Notes: generated by a model not told the origin, from the letters alone. Shown: positions 47,491 through 58,634, numbered from the stretch's first letter. The stretch: DNA of 64,000 nt from Naegleria gruberi (GCA_000004985.1 GG738907.1); one strand, 5' to 3'. Program-made: numbers and translations.

Positions 47491-47756
47491 CACTTTGTTA
47501 ATTTTGGATATTTACTTAATAATTAAAAAATTAATTATTAAATATTTCAGCAAACGATATTTTCCAATATTTTCGTCTAATTTCTGATCGCATCACCAGA
47601 CAGGAATTAACAATGATTTAATGAAACAATACATTCTTTTTATTATCAAGTCATGAAAACCAATGAAAAGACAAGCAATAATATCATGTCTGACAACTGC
47701 TAATTTTGTACAATACTGTCCCCAATTATTCATTTGGTAATACTTGTCGCAATTAG

Positions 47757-50294
47757 ATGCCACTTTATGAAAAAGAACAAAAGAAAAAAATGGCACAAGT
47801 TGAAACGTTAGATTCGTGTAGTTCAATTCAAGAGCCAATAGTGCCAGAAAGTCAGCAAGAGACTTGTCTCATAAGTGCTGACAATGATTCTAAACTTGAA
47901 GAATCTCAAGTTCATCTCTCCGAAATATCAACATCATCTTCACCTTCAGTTCACCAACAACCCGAAAATCCAAACTCATCCCTATTTGAATTGTCAAATT
48001 ACTTTGGTATTGGCCATTTATTGGATGAAACACAAGAGTATTCATATGAAACTTGTCAATTTACAAGTTGTTCTCAACAATGTCATGAATTTTTATTTAA
48101 ATTCCATCACGGATTACTCTCTTCGAAGCCTAATTCATTGATGATAGATTTCGATTGGGAAGATCACATTGATGTAGTTTCCGTCATCCTTCAGCTTGTA
48201 AACCAATCTGAAGAAAAGTCGATAGACATGGCTTCTACACAGTTAAAAGCAAAAATTTATGTAAAATGTGCTGAATCAACTGTTGATTTGCAGATCAATG
48301 CAATTTCAGGCATTCCTTTGACAAGTTGGATTGGAAAATTGGTCTTGCCGATTGTGAAATTTTCTCACTTGCCTTCAACACTTTCAAACTTGAAAGAATT
48401 CGTTCCACTGAGCGAAGAATTGAGTGAGGAGATGAAAATGGTATTCTTCTCTAGTTATCCTTCACTATTCAGACAATATTTCAATCATTTTCCAAGTGTT
48501 AATGATCAGAAAAATGCAAACATGGTATTATCCGATTTTTTGATTGGTTTATTATGGATTGGTTGTTTGAATATTGAAAAATCCAATGAAATTTCATCCA
48601 GAGTGAGGACTGTCATGCAAAGATCGATAGGATGTCTTCAGTATTGGATTAGTAATTATGGATTTTGTTTTGATGTGCTGAGTAGCAATTTTGTCAAATC
48701 ATCCCTTCAACAAATTGAAGAATTATTGAACAAGATTGAAAAGAATGAGTGGAAAGATGAATTAAGTGGAGTTTTGAAATTAATTTCAGAAGATTCATTG
48801 AATCAACATGCATTTCCATTATCTTTCAATGATTGGTCGGAATATCTTTCAAACAAGAGGAAGGAGTTGGGTCTTGATGAAGAGGAAGAAGAAAATGCAG
48901 AAGAAGAAACTCAAGAAGCAGATGAAGAAGAGGAGTATACTCAAGTTGAAGAGGAAGGAGAGGACGAAGATGAAGAGGAAGAGGAGGAAGAAGTAGATGT
49001 CTCTGAAATGTTCAACAAGCTATCCTCCTTCATTCTCTCCCAACATGATTTGCAAGCCACTGAAATTCCTGAAGTATTTGCAAATCAAGAGGAAATTCTG
49101 CTTGCTAATTTACCAAATGACATTGACAGTGTTTATTCTATCGTTTTGGATATAATGAGAAAGTCTAATCCCGAAAAGGCATCATTTTTTGAGGAGTTAG
49201 CACAACCTGATTTGTATCTTCATTTCATAATGCAATGGTCTCCTCTTGAAATTGCCAAGCAATTGACAAACTATGAGTTTACTAATCATTTTGAACAATG
49301 CAAGACTCATGACTTTTTCTCAACAGGCGCACTCAGTAATAATCAAAGTAATTTGGATCAAATGATTGACAGATTTAATTGGATGTCATTGTGGATTGTT
49401 TACACCATTCTAAGACAAGAAAGTTTGGAGAATCGTGTGAAAATTATTGGATATTTTGTTCAAGTCATGTTTTTCACATTATCCTTACAAAATTATCAAA
49501 ATACCATGTGTATCATTAGTGCATTCCACAATAGTTGCATCTCTAAATTGGCAACAGCTTGGAAGGAGGTTAGCGAATTGAGAGATCAGACCAATGCTTT
49601 TACTTATCATCAATTTCTTGAAGGAGTCAATGATTTACTCTCACTTCAAAAGAAATTTTTCAAATTGAAATATCACATTATTCAAAATATTGAAACAAGT
49701 TTGGAAAACAATGAAGAAGGCACTCAATTCTCCTGCATTCCATATGTTGGTGTTTGGCTTGGTGAAATTTCCAGTATTGAAACTTATTATAATGACTTTG
49801 TTTCACCACCAACTCATCTCAAACAACATCACAGTCACATTTCAAATTCCAACACGACTCTTCACACCCACCAATATCCTCATCACTATCTGTTCAACTA
49901 TGAAAAGAAGAGATTAATCACCAAACCTCTCAAGGAAATTCAAACATTCCAAAAGCTTTCCTTGCACACTGAAAATGAAAACATTTCACTCTTCAAATCT
50001 GTACCATTACTGTTACATGTCCTGTCAACTAATGAAATGATCAAGGCGCTTCCTCTCGATCCATCAAATAGTTCTAATAGTCCAAGCTCAAATGGACCAA
50101 CGAATGAGAGTGCTCTTTCTGTAAATTCTCAACATTCTGATTTGAGTCCAGCACTTTCGAATATTTCATTGAGCTCGAATGGATCTGGTTTCTTCCAAGG
50201 TCAATCGACAGTCATGTTAAAATCCGTAACAAATAGTGAATATATGAAGAAGATATTCCGTGAAATGACAAAGGAAATTCTTCAAAAGGAATAA
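47757..50294 (+). CDS. Ras guanine-nucleotide exchange factor (CDC25-homology RasGEF domain)
   Basis: RasGEF catalytic-domain blocks: LEIAKQLTNYEF, NRVKIIGYFVQV, NTMCIISAFHNSCISKL, IPYVGVWLGEISSIE; poly-Glu/Asp acidic tract (48880..49000); 845 aa. Confidence 0.75.
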   Translation: MPLYEKEQKKKMAQVETLDSCSSIQEPIVPESQQETCLISADNDSKLEESQVHLSEISTSSSPSVHQQPENPNSSLFELSNYFGIGHLLDETQEYSYETCQFTSCSQQCHEFLFKFHHGLLSSKPNSLMIDFDWEDHIDVVSVILQLVNQSEEKSIDMASTQLKAKIYVKCAESTVDLQINAISGIPLTSWIGKLVLPIVKFSHLPSTLSNLKEFVPLSEELSEEMKMVFFSSYPSLFRQYFNHFPSVNDQKNANMVLSDFLIGLLWIGCLNIEKSNEISSRVRTVMQRSIGCLQYWISNYGFCFDVLSSNFVKSSLQQIEELLNKIEKNEWKDELSGVLKLISEDSLNQHAFPLSFNDWSEYLSNKRKELGLDEEEEENAEEETQEADEEEEYTQVEEEGEDEDEEEEEEEVDVSEMFNKLSSFILSQHDLQATEIPEVFANQEEILLANLPNDIDSVYSIVLDIMRKSNPEKASFFEELAQPDLYLHFIMQWSPLEIAKQLTNYEFTNHFEQCKTHDFFSTGALSNNQSNLDQMIDRFNWMSLWIVYTILRQESLENRVKIIGYFVQVMFFTLSLQNYQNTMCIISAFHNSCISKLATAWKEVSELRDQTNAFTYHQFLEGVNDLLSLQKKFFKLKYHIIQNIETSLENNEEGTQFSCIPYVGVWLGEISSIETYYNDFVSPPTHLKQHHSHISNSNTTLHTHQYPHHYLFNYEKKRLITKPLKEIQTFQKLSLHTENENISLFKSVPLLLHVLSTNEMIKALPLDPSNSSNSPSSNGPTNESALSVNSQHSDLSPALSNISLSSNGSGFFQGQSTVMLKSVTNSEYMKKIFREMTKEILQKE

Positions 50295-50310
50295 ACACAG
50301 TCTGTCAAGT

Positions 50311-51690
50311 TTATTTATGCCACAATTTATAGAAATCTGTCAATCCTTCACACTGAACTGCTTTAAGAGTCAATTCATGATCCAATTCCAAATCAGCATT
50401 TTCCAAAGCTGTTCTCATACCAAACACTTTCCAACCATTGAACAGAACAAAATTATAAGAACCTTTTGAAAAGAATGGGGTTGTGTAAATTAATACACAA
50501 GTTGTGGTATTTGCAGGAATTGTAATTGAAGTGTTGTCATTCCAATCTTCAGCGTTGGAAGTGTAATTGTAAACACATGACCATGAAACTGAACTGACAG
50601 AGTTTCGTTTAGTATCATTTTGATTAGGAGTTCCCAAATAAACACTAGCTCCTTCATAACCACTGCTCCAACCACAACTTCCTCCATGAGACAATGTAAA
50701 TGAAATATTCGATGCCTTGGTATTCTTGATAAAGAAACATCCCAACATTGCTCTCGGATACTGATAAAAGTTTCCATTATTATTCAAGCAAGTATGCTGT
50801 TCCTTAAAAAGGAAAGTTCCAGTGGAACCTTGAAGAAATTCAACAGCAGGAGGTCTACTGAAAAGCACATACGTATTATTGTAGCTGTGAGTGCCACACA
50901 ATATGGCAGCCATGTTCTCAGCACCTGCAGAATGCCATTGACCAAGTTGAGAAGTAAAAGCTGCGTTGTCACTATTCGAATCTTCACATCTTGAAAGAAT
51001 TCCAAATACGAAAGGTAACGAATTGGAATTCATTATCAAACTCTTGTCCATTTTTTTAACCTTTCTTGCATTCTCCTCAAATAGCTCCTTAATTTCCTTA
51101 ACTTCATCCCTTGCTTGCATGTACATTTTCTTCCAATATTCATTGTCTTGGGAGAGCATGTTGATTTTGAAAGAGAAGGAATCGATCATCTTTTGGATTC
51201 GTTTTTCCAACAATTGTGCATTCTTTTCTAGAGCTGTTTCTTGGGTGCCAGTGTTGATTTCGGATAGAGCCAAGTAAAATACGAAACTTTCATCACTAAT
51301 GCTATCGTAAATGGTGAATCTCAAGTAGAGGAAGGCGCCTCCTACCTTGGAAATGATGCCAAGAGATGGTAAACTGTTAATTCTGGCACTAGTCTTGTAA
51401 TTTTCCAAACTTTTTGGACTAAAGAAAAAGTATCCTAAATGTTGTTGATTATTCGAAGGTTTGGAGAATAACAACTTGCAAGAATTAAAAAAGGCACGCA
51501 AATTGTTCTTTCCTTCACAATTTTGGGGAGTTCCAATGGAGAGAATTTCTTGGGCAGATTTTACAGAGCTGACAAATGTCTTGCTCTTGTTAGACAGTTG
51601 GAGGGTGAAATTTTCTTCTGACAAGGAGAGGTTCACTTTGAATGAAAGGTTTCTCTCTGGATCAAGAGAAATATCGTTTTCGAATTGCAT
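50311..51690 (-). CDS. hypothetical protein (459 aa), central coiled-coil, Cys/Trp-containing C-terminal domain
   Basis: ATG ORF; N-terminal beta-rich region, coiled-coil (LEKNAQLLEKRIQKMID...VKEIKELFEENARKVKK), C-terminal GGSCGWSSGY-containing domain; no named family. Confidence 0.4.
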   Translation of the reverse strand: MQFENDISLDPERNLSFKVNLSLSEENFTLQLSNKSKTFVSSVKSAQEILSIGTPQNCEGKNNLRAFFNSCKLLFSKPSNNQQHLGYFFFSPKSLENYKTSARINSLPSLGIISKVGGAFLYLRFTIYDSISDESFVFYLALSEINTGTQETALEKNAQLLEKRIQKMIDSFSFKINMLSQDNEYWKKMYMQARDEVKEIKELFEENARKVKKMDKSLIMNSNSLPFVFGILSRCEDSNSDNAAFTSQLGQWHSAGAENMAAILCGTHSYNNTYVLFSRPPAVEFLQGSTGTFLFKEQHTCLNNNGNFYQYPRAMLGCFFIKNTKASNISFTLSHGGSCGWSSGYEGASVYLGTPNQNDTKRNSVSSVSWSCVYNYTSNAEDWNDNTSITIPANTTTCVLIYTTPFFSKGSYNFVLFNGWKVFGMRTALENADLELDHELTLKAVQCEGLTDFYKLWHK

Positions 51691-51798
51691 ATTTTTTTTT
51701 TGTTTGACAAGTTTTCTTGCAAGACATTTGACATGATTTGTGAATTCGAAAGCAAGTTGTCAAATTTTCATATCAAGTCATCAAACATTCGTAAAAAA

Positions 51799-52749
51799 AT
51801 GCAAAAGTTTGAAAGTTCTTTCAATTTCAAAGCTTCTACTCCAGTTTCTTCTTCTCCTTCTTCCCAGCTCTCAAGTTTAATCCAAGTTAAGCGAGACGAA
51901 ATTTTAAACTATAGTTCAGAATCCAACAAACGTTTCTTCAAGGAATCTCTCAACATTGAACAAACCAACATTTGGCTATTTGGACAACCAGGTGTTGGCA
52001 AGTCAAAACTTACAAATTCCTTGTTTAAATCATTACACGGAGTTTTCGACAAGGAAACAGTTGCAATCTCCGGAGGTTCCACCAATAGCCACGTGACCCA
52101 AGACTTGAAGTACATTCCCCTTTATTCACCAATACTTTCTGGTGGAAAACCTGGTAATGTACGTGTTGTGGATGCTTGGGGTAACGATGGTTCCAATTAT
52201 GATCCAACCCTATTCGAAAGTATTTTGAAAGGAAAGGTTTCGAATAATTCACAACAAAAGAGTTTGAAACCAAGTGCAAAAGAAGATAAGAGCAGACAAG
52301 TGCATGCTATTGTTTTTGTAGTGACTGCTTCTTCGTGCTCTTCTGATCAGGACTGCAAAATGATTGCTCAATATAGCAAAATTGCAATGCAAAATAATCT
52401 TTATCCTATTTTGGTAATCACAAAGGTTGACTGTTTGAATGAAGAATTCAAGACTCATCCTGAAAAAATTGATTCTGATCCTGCTGTCAAGAAGGCTGTC
52501 ATGGATGTTTGTCAAAATACTGGAATTGAACCTGATTCAGTTTTTTGCACAAGAAATTTGGCAGTTGACATTCAAAAGGAAAGAAATGATTTCATTGTTT
52601 TGAGAAATCTTGAAATTTTAGAAGCATGCCTATCAGCAGCTGATAGATTTTTCGAATATAAGGCCTATTTCTCAAATGAGAATGAAAATGTAGAACTTTC
52701 TAATAGTTTAGTTTTAAATGCAAAATACATTGGTGATTTATTGGAATAA
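51799..52749 (+). CDS. P-loop GTPase (G1 GQPGVGKS, G3 DAWG, G4 TKVD), family unassigned (AIG1/IRG/septin-like possibilities)
   Basis: ordered G-motifs; track ORF begins at 51685 but the first two in-frame ATGs (51685, 51733) overlap or abut the divergent gene start at 51690, so 51799 is preferred (inference). Confidence 0.55.
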   Translation: MQKFESSFNFKASTPVSSSPSSQLSSLIQVKRDEILNYSSESNKRFFKESLNIEQTNIWLFGQPGVGKSKLTNSLFKSLHGVFDKETVAISGGSTNSHVTQDLKYIPLYSPILSGGKPGNVRVVDAWGNDGSNYDPTLFESILKGKVSNNSQQKSLKPSAKEDKSRQVHAIVFVVTASSCSSDQDCKMIAQYSKIAMQNNLYPILVITKVDCLNEEFKTHPEKIDSDPAVKKAVMDVCQNTGIEPDSVFCTRNLAVDIQKERNDFIVLRNLEILEACLSAADRFFEYKAYFSNENENVELSNSLVLNAKYIGDLLE

Positions 52750-53649
52750 TTACAATAAACATTGCTTGAGTTTTGAATGTAATTCATCAGGGAGCGAATC
52801 TATTGAGATTTCTTTTGTTGAATATTTGAAAGGTATCTCAATAAAACCAATGGAATTGAATTGTGACATTTCGTCAAATGACATTTTTGGTTGATTTTTA
52901 AATCTGAGAAATAAACACGTTCCTGAGGCATTTCTCACAAGATCATCCAAACTAGCATGAAAAATTTGATCTAAATTTCTTTGAATTTCTCTTGCATCAC
53001 TTTCTCTCAAAGCCACAAACACGTTGAGAATTTTCTTATTCGAAACTTTTCTTTCACAATATTCACTATACGAAAGTATACTATATTCGATATATCTTCC
53101 AACATTTTTCAATGGGTTGCTACTACTCTCCACAATACTAATCTCCAAACAGTTGGAAATGAGTGAAACAACTTCTTGAATCCATTTCTGCATGTTTTCA
53201 CAATTGTCAACTAGGATGAAGAGAAGATCAGCAATTTTTTCACTGGTTGTTGGTTTTGTTTGATGAATGGAAACTGCAGAAACCGAAGGTTGATTAGGAT
53301 GAGAATATCTTGTTGGATTGACATAAGAATTTGATTGATTCGAATATGTTGGTGGATTCGAATAATAATTTCCCACTCCTCCACCTCCACCTGTGTAAAT
53401 GTAATTATTATTGTTATTTCCACCATAAAAATTTGATTCTAACTGACTCACACGAATCTCCAAACGCGTGAGACGATTACTAATAATCTCAAGAGTTTCT
53501 TGTTGTTGTCTATTGTTAAGTTGAAGCAGATTCGAAATACCTTCAGTAATCATATCATAGGCATTATTTTTCACCTGGAGAGTTTCAATAGTGGACGATG
53601 AAGAATTGCCCATCTTGTTTTTTTTTTTGATTGATGGGAGAATTCTCAT
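52750..53649 (-). CDS. hypothetical protein (299 aa); internal MGNSSSS could be a myristoylated true start
   Basis: ATG ORF whose stop abuts the stop of the GTPase gene (52749/52750, tail-to-tail); coiled-coil N-half; no named domain. Confidence 0.4.
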   Translation of the reverse strand: MRILPSIKKKNKMGNSSSSTIETLQVKNNAYDMITEGISNLLQLNNRQQQETLEIISNRLTRLEIRVSQLESNFYGGNNNNNYIYTGGGGGVGNYYSNPPTYSNQSNSYVNPTRYSHPNQPSVSAVSIHQTKPTTSEKIADLLFILVDNCENMQKWIQEVVSLISNCLEISIVESSSNPLKNVGRYIEYSILSYSEYCERKVSNKKILNVFVALRESDAREIQRNLDQIFHASLDDLVRNASGTCLFLRFKNQPKMSFDEMSQFNSIGFIEIPFKYSTKEISIDSLPDELHSKLKQCLL

Positions 53650-53697
53650 GACAGTTTTATTGAATACAAATATTTGTTGTGATGACTGACAGGAAGT

Positions 53698-54903
53698 TTA
53701 CAGGTTGGATCTTCTCTTGTTGTGCTCTCTCAAGCAAAACTCAATGGTTTCCCTTCCAATATTAATTTCTCCGCAATGAGCTTGTTCAAATCCTTCACAA
53801 CCTGGCGATGAATTAATTTCACAAATTTTGTAAACATTTTCATGATCGAGTAAAATGTCAACTCCTGAAATATCCAAATGACATTCCTTTGTGGTCAACC
53901 GTGCCAATCTTTCTAGCTCTTCATTCATTGGAAATTTTTCACACAAAGCTCCTTGATGAAAATTTGCTTTGAAATTTCCATTCGTTGATTTTCTCATCAT
54001 TGAGCCAACTACCATATCTCCCATTACAATAATTCGTAAATCCTTTCCACTCGAATTGGAAATAAACTCTTGCAATATCCAATTATTTGAGGTTGAAATT
54101 ATTTCATTTAAATCTTGAAGTTGATTTCTGTCCTTAATTAGAATAATTCCCTTTCCTTGACTTCCATTCGTCTTTTTCAAAACCTTTGGATAGCCACCTA
54201 GTTTCTGCTCAATCCATTCGAATCTAGTGAGTGGAAATGTTGCAGCAATTGTTTTTGGAATGGAAATTCTCTTTCGTGCTAGAGTTTGCATTGTAACAAG
54301 TTTATCCTTTGAAATTTCCATTCCTTTTGAAGAATTCAAAACCAAACACTGTTCGAAACTTTCCAAAAATCGTAAAAGAGCCATTTCACAATACGTAATT
54401 TTAGCTCCACATCTATTAATGATGACATTTGGCAATTCCACTATTTTCCCATCATATTCCACTTGATTTTGCAACAAGTCAGTTTCTGAATCAGCACACA
54501 CTGAAAACAATCCAGTTACCTTACTCGAAACCAACACACCAGCTCTCCATCCTTCCTCAATAATCCTTCGTCGAGTATAATTCAATTCCTGATTGGTTGA
54601 AATAATCCAAACTCTCAATTTTGCTTTTTTATATCCAAAACCTTTAATCATTTGCAAGCCGTGCTCTTCCGAGTTGTACAATGTATCATCCTGTGCATTC
54701 AAATAAATAATCATCTTGGAATGGGATGAAGAGGATGAAGAGGAAATATATTTTGGTTTTAATTGAAATGATAAAGCATATTCAGGAATTGTAATTTCTC
54801 TTGAGGATGACAATTCCGATGCAGATGATGATGATGATGAGGTGTAGATCTCTTTCGTCATTGGTTCTGCCTTAATTGTTACTAATTTTCCATTGGTTAG
54901 CAA
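53698..54903 (-). CDS. ATP-grasp ligase of the RimK family (alpha-L-glutamate ligase/beta-citrylglutamate synthase-like)
   Basis: ATP-grasp core: GGYPKVLKKTNGSQGKGIILIKD, WILQEFISNSSGKDLRIIVMG, NFHQGA, ICEINSSPG. Confidence 0.7.
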   Translation of the reverse strand: MLTNGKLVTIKAEPMTKEIYTSSSSSSASELSSSREITIPEYALSFQLKPKYISSSSSSSHSKMIIYLNAQDDTLYNSEEHGLQMIKGFGYKKAKLRVWIISTNQELNYTRRRIIEEGWRAGVLVSSKVTGLFSVCADSETDLLQNQVEYDGKIVELPNVIINRCGAKITYCEMALLRFLESFEQCLVLNSSKGMEISKDKLVTMQTLARKRISIPKTIAATFPLTRFEWIEQKLGGYPKVLKKTNGSQGKGIILIKDRNQLQDLNEIISTSNNWILQEFISNSSGKDLRIIVMGDMVVGSMMRKSTNGNFKANFHQGALCEKFPMNEELERLARLTTKECHLDISGVDILLDHENVYKICEINSSPGCEGFEQAHCGEINIGRETIEFCLREHNKRRSNL

Positions 54904-55229
54904 GCAATCCGATTGGATTATATTCTATTTGATGAATATCTTGCTGTGATGATAATTCTACCGTGCAACTTTTATAAATTTCCTTCATTTCTCCTTAATA
55001 TAATTGTTTGTAATTTTTTTATAAAATTGTTGTTTTTTCAAAAGTATAATTTCAGTGGTCATTTCATTAATTTATTATCAATCAGCTGTAGGTATATGAT
55101 TGTTCTTCTTGTAAATATTAAGTACATTGAATCTTGCTCTTTGTAATATTAAGGTTTCACATACAAGAACAATCAAAGGAACTACTATATAGCAATCATT
55201 GTTAATTTATCTCGATTTATTGGGCGGAG

Positions 55230-55350
55230 GATTGATAGCCCAATCACAATAAGCAATGGCCTAGGTAGTTAGATTGAAATTGAACGTTACACCTGTGTTT
55301 GGCCAATCGAAATAGGCAATGACATCGCTAACATCACCATGGTATCATTC
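55230..55350 (-). pseudogene. degenerate relic copies (two) of the 3' exon of the neighbouring GPI-anchored protein gene
   Basis: minus-strand translation gives DVSDVIAYFDWPN and AIAYCDWAI, matching AIVGDAIAYFDWANRQ encoded at ~56440-56490; nucleotide similarity visible (gcccaatcacaataagcaatggc / ggccaatcgaaataggcaatgacatcgc vs tgcccaatcaaagtaggcaatagcatcacc). Confidence 0.4.
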
Positions 55351-55615
55351 AATACAAACCAACTTATAAAAATTGTTGTAATTTTCACAGTAGTACGTAT
55401 TTACAGTACTGTAAAAACACCTTAAAAACACTTTAAAAAAAATGGCATCACACCTTTTGGTCATCACCATATGATAACACGCAATTCTTTTGAATATCCT
55501 TAAGTGTGGGATCATCAGCACTCGAATAATACCACAAGCTGAAATAATTTCAGAGACTTTTAAGTAGGTGTTAAATTTAATTTAAGTATTAATCATCAAC
55601 AAGAAACTAAGTTAA

Positions 55616-56079
55616 CAATTCTATCAATCGGAAAAGTTGAGAAAAGTTCGGAGATGGATTGCATTTGTTATTGGTGCTGCCATGATGATTGCTGCTGGAA
55701 CACAGTATGCATTTTCATCGATTAGTCCTAATTAGTCCTTCTTTGAAAAAGTAAGTTGTGTGAGAAAGATCAAATATTTAGTAATAATTATTTTAATTAT
55801 TAATCATTGGAATATTAAAATAGACGATTTGATTTGACTCAAACTGAGGTGAATACTATTGGAACAGCAGCAAATTTGGGAACTAATTTCAGTTTTCTCT
55901 TTTCTTTGGTGAATGATGTTCTTGGAGCTCGTTCTTGTAGTTTTGTTTCTGGTGCCTTCTTGTTTGGATCTTATTTTCTGATGGCATTGACAGTTTCTGG
56001 AGCTATTCCAGGAGCAGAGAATTATATTGCACTTTCTGCATTCATGTTTATTATGGGTAACAGTAGTGGTGGAGCTTAG
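55616..56079 (+). pseudogene. MFS transporter (nodulin-like/MFS_1 N-terminus) pseudogene: frameshifting 10-bp tandem duplication in exon 1, one intron, premature stop after exon 2
   Basis: RWIAFVIGAAMMIAAGTQYAFSSISP then stop; removing one copy of the duplicated attagtccta restores ...YAFSSISPSLKK|GTAAGT intron (55753..55833)|DLDLTQTEVNTIGTAANLGTNFSF... typical of nodulin-like MFS N-termini; ends with TAG after ...FMFIMGNSSGGA and no further exons before the next gene. Confidence 0.5.
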
Positions 56080-56265
56080 ACAAAGAACCTACTGCCACTC
56101 ATACCACCTTGTCCGAACATTGGTTTGTGTTGCCAGCACTGTGGCATTCTGATATGGCTAAGGGATATCTACATATTCAGAGGACCTTATCTTGAATAAG
56201 ATGGTAATCCTTCATTGAACTTATTATTGATAATAATGTAATTTAATTTCTATTTTTTAGTGTAA

Positions 56266-57478
56266 TTAGAGTTGGAAGATTAAGAGGATAGAGAAAACGA
56301 GTACCATGATCCATGAGCTTCCCTTAGCAAGGAATGGTTGAGCATTACTGGTGGCAGTAACATTGAGATTAGTGAATGTGGCTAAACCATATGCAGTATC
56401 CCAAGCCTTGACGGTACACCCACACGTACCGTTCATCTGTCTATTTGCCCAATCAAAGTAGGCAATAGCATCACCTACAATGGCGTGAACAGCATTATTC
56501 TTGACATCAGTATATTGCAAGTTGACAGCTGCATACTTGACATAGGTGGCAGCTGTCAATTCAGTCTTGATGAAAGTGGCATAATTAGTTCCATCATATG
56601 CTGTTATATTTTAAATGAATGGATTGTTATAATTATTATAATATTTCACATGAAAAGATGATGATTGGAATATTTCACATGAAAAAATTGATTATAATTT
56701 TGCCAATTAATAATTTAAAACAACTTGATATACTTACCACCAACTTTGATACCAGTTTGATTCAATTGGTAGATATCATTAAAGACCTTGTTTGGTTCCA
56801 ATCCAGTTCTGATCCATCCCTTTGAAGCTCCTCCAAAAGAACATTGAAAGTGAACATCCTTAACTCTATTGTCGACATCAGGACGAGTATTAGCAGTGAC
56901 CATGTCGCCTGTAAAATATTCAAATATTATAAATTTGAATAAATTTACATAAAATTTCAATTAAATGTCAATTTTGATTTTCAAACTTACATTGATTAGT
57001 TGAAACAGCAAGTTTCAAAGTTTCAAAGAAACCCAAAGCAGTAGTGTTGAATCTGATAATATTAGTTTGATAATTGCTTCCATAGTGTTCATTGATCTTT
57101 CTGACAACAGATTGAGCCAAATAGGTCTTGGTTGATAACCATGGTTCAATAGTACCAGTTTCCCTATTAAATGTAAAATTTTAACAAGATATTGATTCAA
57201 ATCAATTGAAATACATACCAACACATGTTTAAAGCAGTTCTTCCAACGAATGGATCCTTTGCAGGCCATTTAACAGTACCTGCACATGTTGGAACGTTGA
57301 AATACATATTCTTCGAATAGTAGGCAATCCATGCAGTGTCAGTTGTCAAATCTTGAACAGCAGCATCCAAAGCATCAGAAACAGCTTGAGTGATGGATGC
57401 TTGGCAGTGGACTTGAGTAGCAAACAAGATGGCAGTTGTTGCAATTAAGAGAATGAGGATAGAAGAAGTACTTTTCAT
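56266..57478 (-). CDS. secreted, probably GPI-anchored cell-surface protein (312 aa); CDS complement(join(56266..56600,56738..56908,56991..57163,57219..57478))
   Basis: signal peptide MKSTSSILILLIATTAILFATQVHC; Cys-containing ectodomain; C-terminal small-residue omega region followed by hydrophobic tail GSSWIMVLVFSILLIFQL; three introns (55, 82, 137 bp) with GTATGT/GTAAGT donors; exons sum to 939 nt in frame. Confidence 0.55.
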
Positions 57479-58634
57479 TGTAGTTTTTTTTTTGAGTTGG
57501 GGAGAGTAATGAGGACAACAGCAAGTGTCAATAAACAACTTCAGTGCATAATACCATTTAAATGACCGTTTGTTTAAATGTCAGTTGATGTTTGACGTTC
57601 GCGTCTGTATTTCAATCCTTTTCTATATCATTTTCACATTTAGACAATCGGCACACCATATCCATGTCCTTTAATCTTTCCATATTGGTCTTATGCCTCA
57701 ACTGTTTCAGTACACACTAGATAAAACACACCATTTAGTGTCAATACCTTATTGCTTAGAGGAGGAATGCAAGAATTCATGAAGGTGAGGAATGACCCAA
57801 CCCGTGCATTCCTCAATCACTGTACTGGATGATGGAGAGATGAATGGAAATGAAATAGGAAGTCGTAAACAATGATGATGATTAGCAAGGCTTTGGATCT
57901 GTGTTTTATCTCTCTAAAATATCATTTCGAGTCGATTTATGTTGTCTCTCTTGTATGATAGTTGGTATTGATAAATAGAAGTTGGTATTGAAGCTTGGTG
58001 TCGATAGGTAAAGAGAGGTAAGTGGATCGTGGTGATATTGGATGATGGAGAGGAGTTGGAGGAATTTAAAATTCATGCAGAATATTTGCCGAAAATGTAA
58101 ATCTATATTAACAATTTAATCATGAATATTAAATATGCAGAGGCGAGATTGTGTGATCATCGAGGAGAAGTGATTGTATCGTGATCGAAATAAATAAATA
58201 ATAAAATTGAATTTTTAATTAAATATTAAAATTATATTGATTATGAAATATCAAATTATGAAACAGATCAAACCCTTTGAAATTATCTTTTCTGCATTCC
58301 TTCCGCTCAGTTCAGATATTGTGATGGTAAGAAGCTTAATTTAATAAAAATTTAAAAAAGTCACCAAAGCGCGTTAAAAATGTTGGTTCATACAACATGT
58401 TTAAAAAGTATATAATATCATGTGAGGGTTAGTGATCAGGGCATCTACGGTTCATATCAAACTTGTGCAGAACTTGCAAATATTTCCTTCCATTGCCATT
58501 ACATTTCCGAGATGTCTTCCATCATTTGGAAATTAGGTGAATACGCAATGCTAATTATCCTTTCGTCATCACATCATAAATTGAAATTAAATCCACTTGT
58601 AATATTGGTAATCAAATAACCAACACCAAAAACA

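Noticed and set aside
51685-51798. Track-proposed start of the GTPase at 51685
   Set aside because: It overlaps the divergent gene start at 51690 and would leave no promoter space. A downstream in-frame ATG at 51799 is more plausible. This is unresolved without transcript data.
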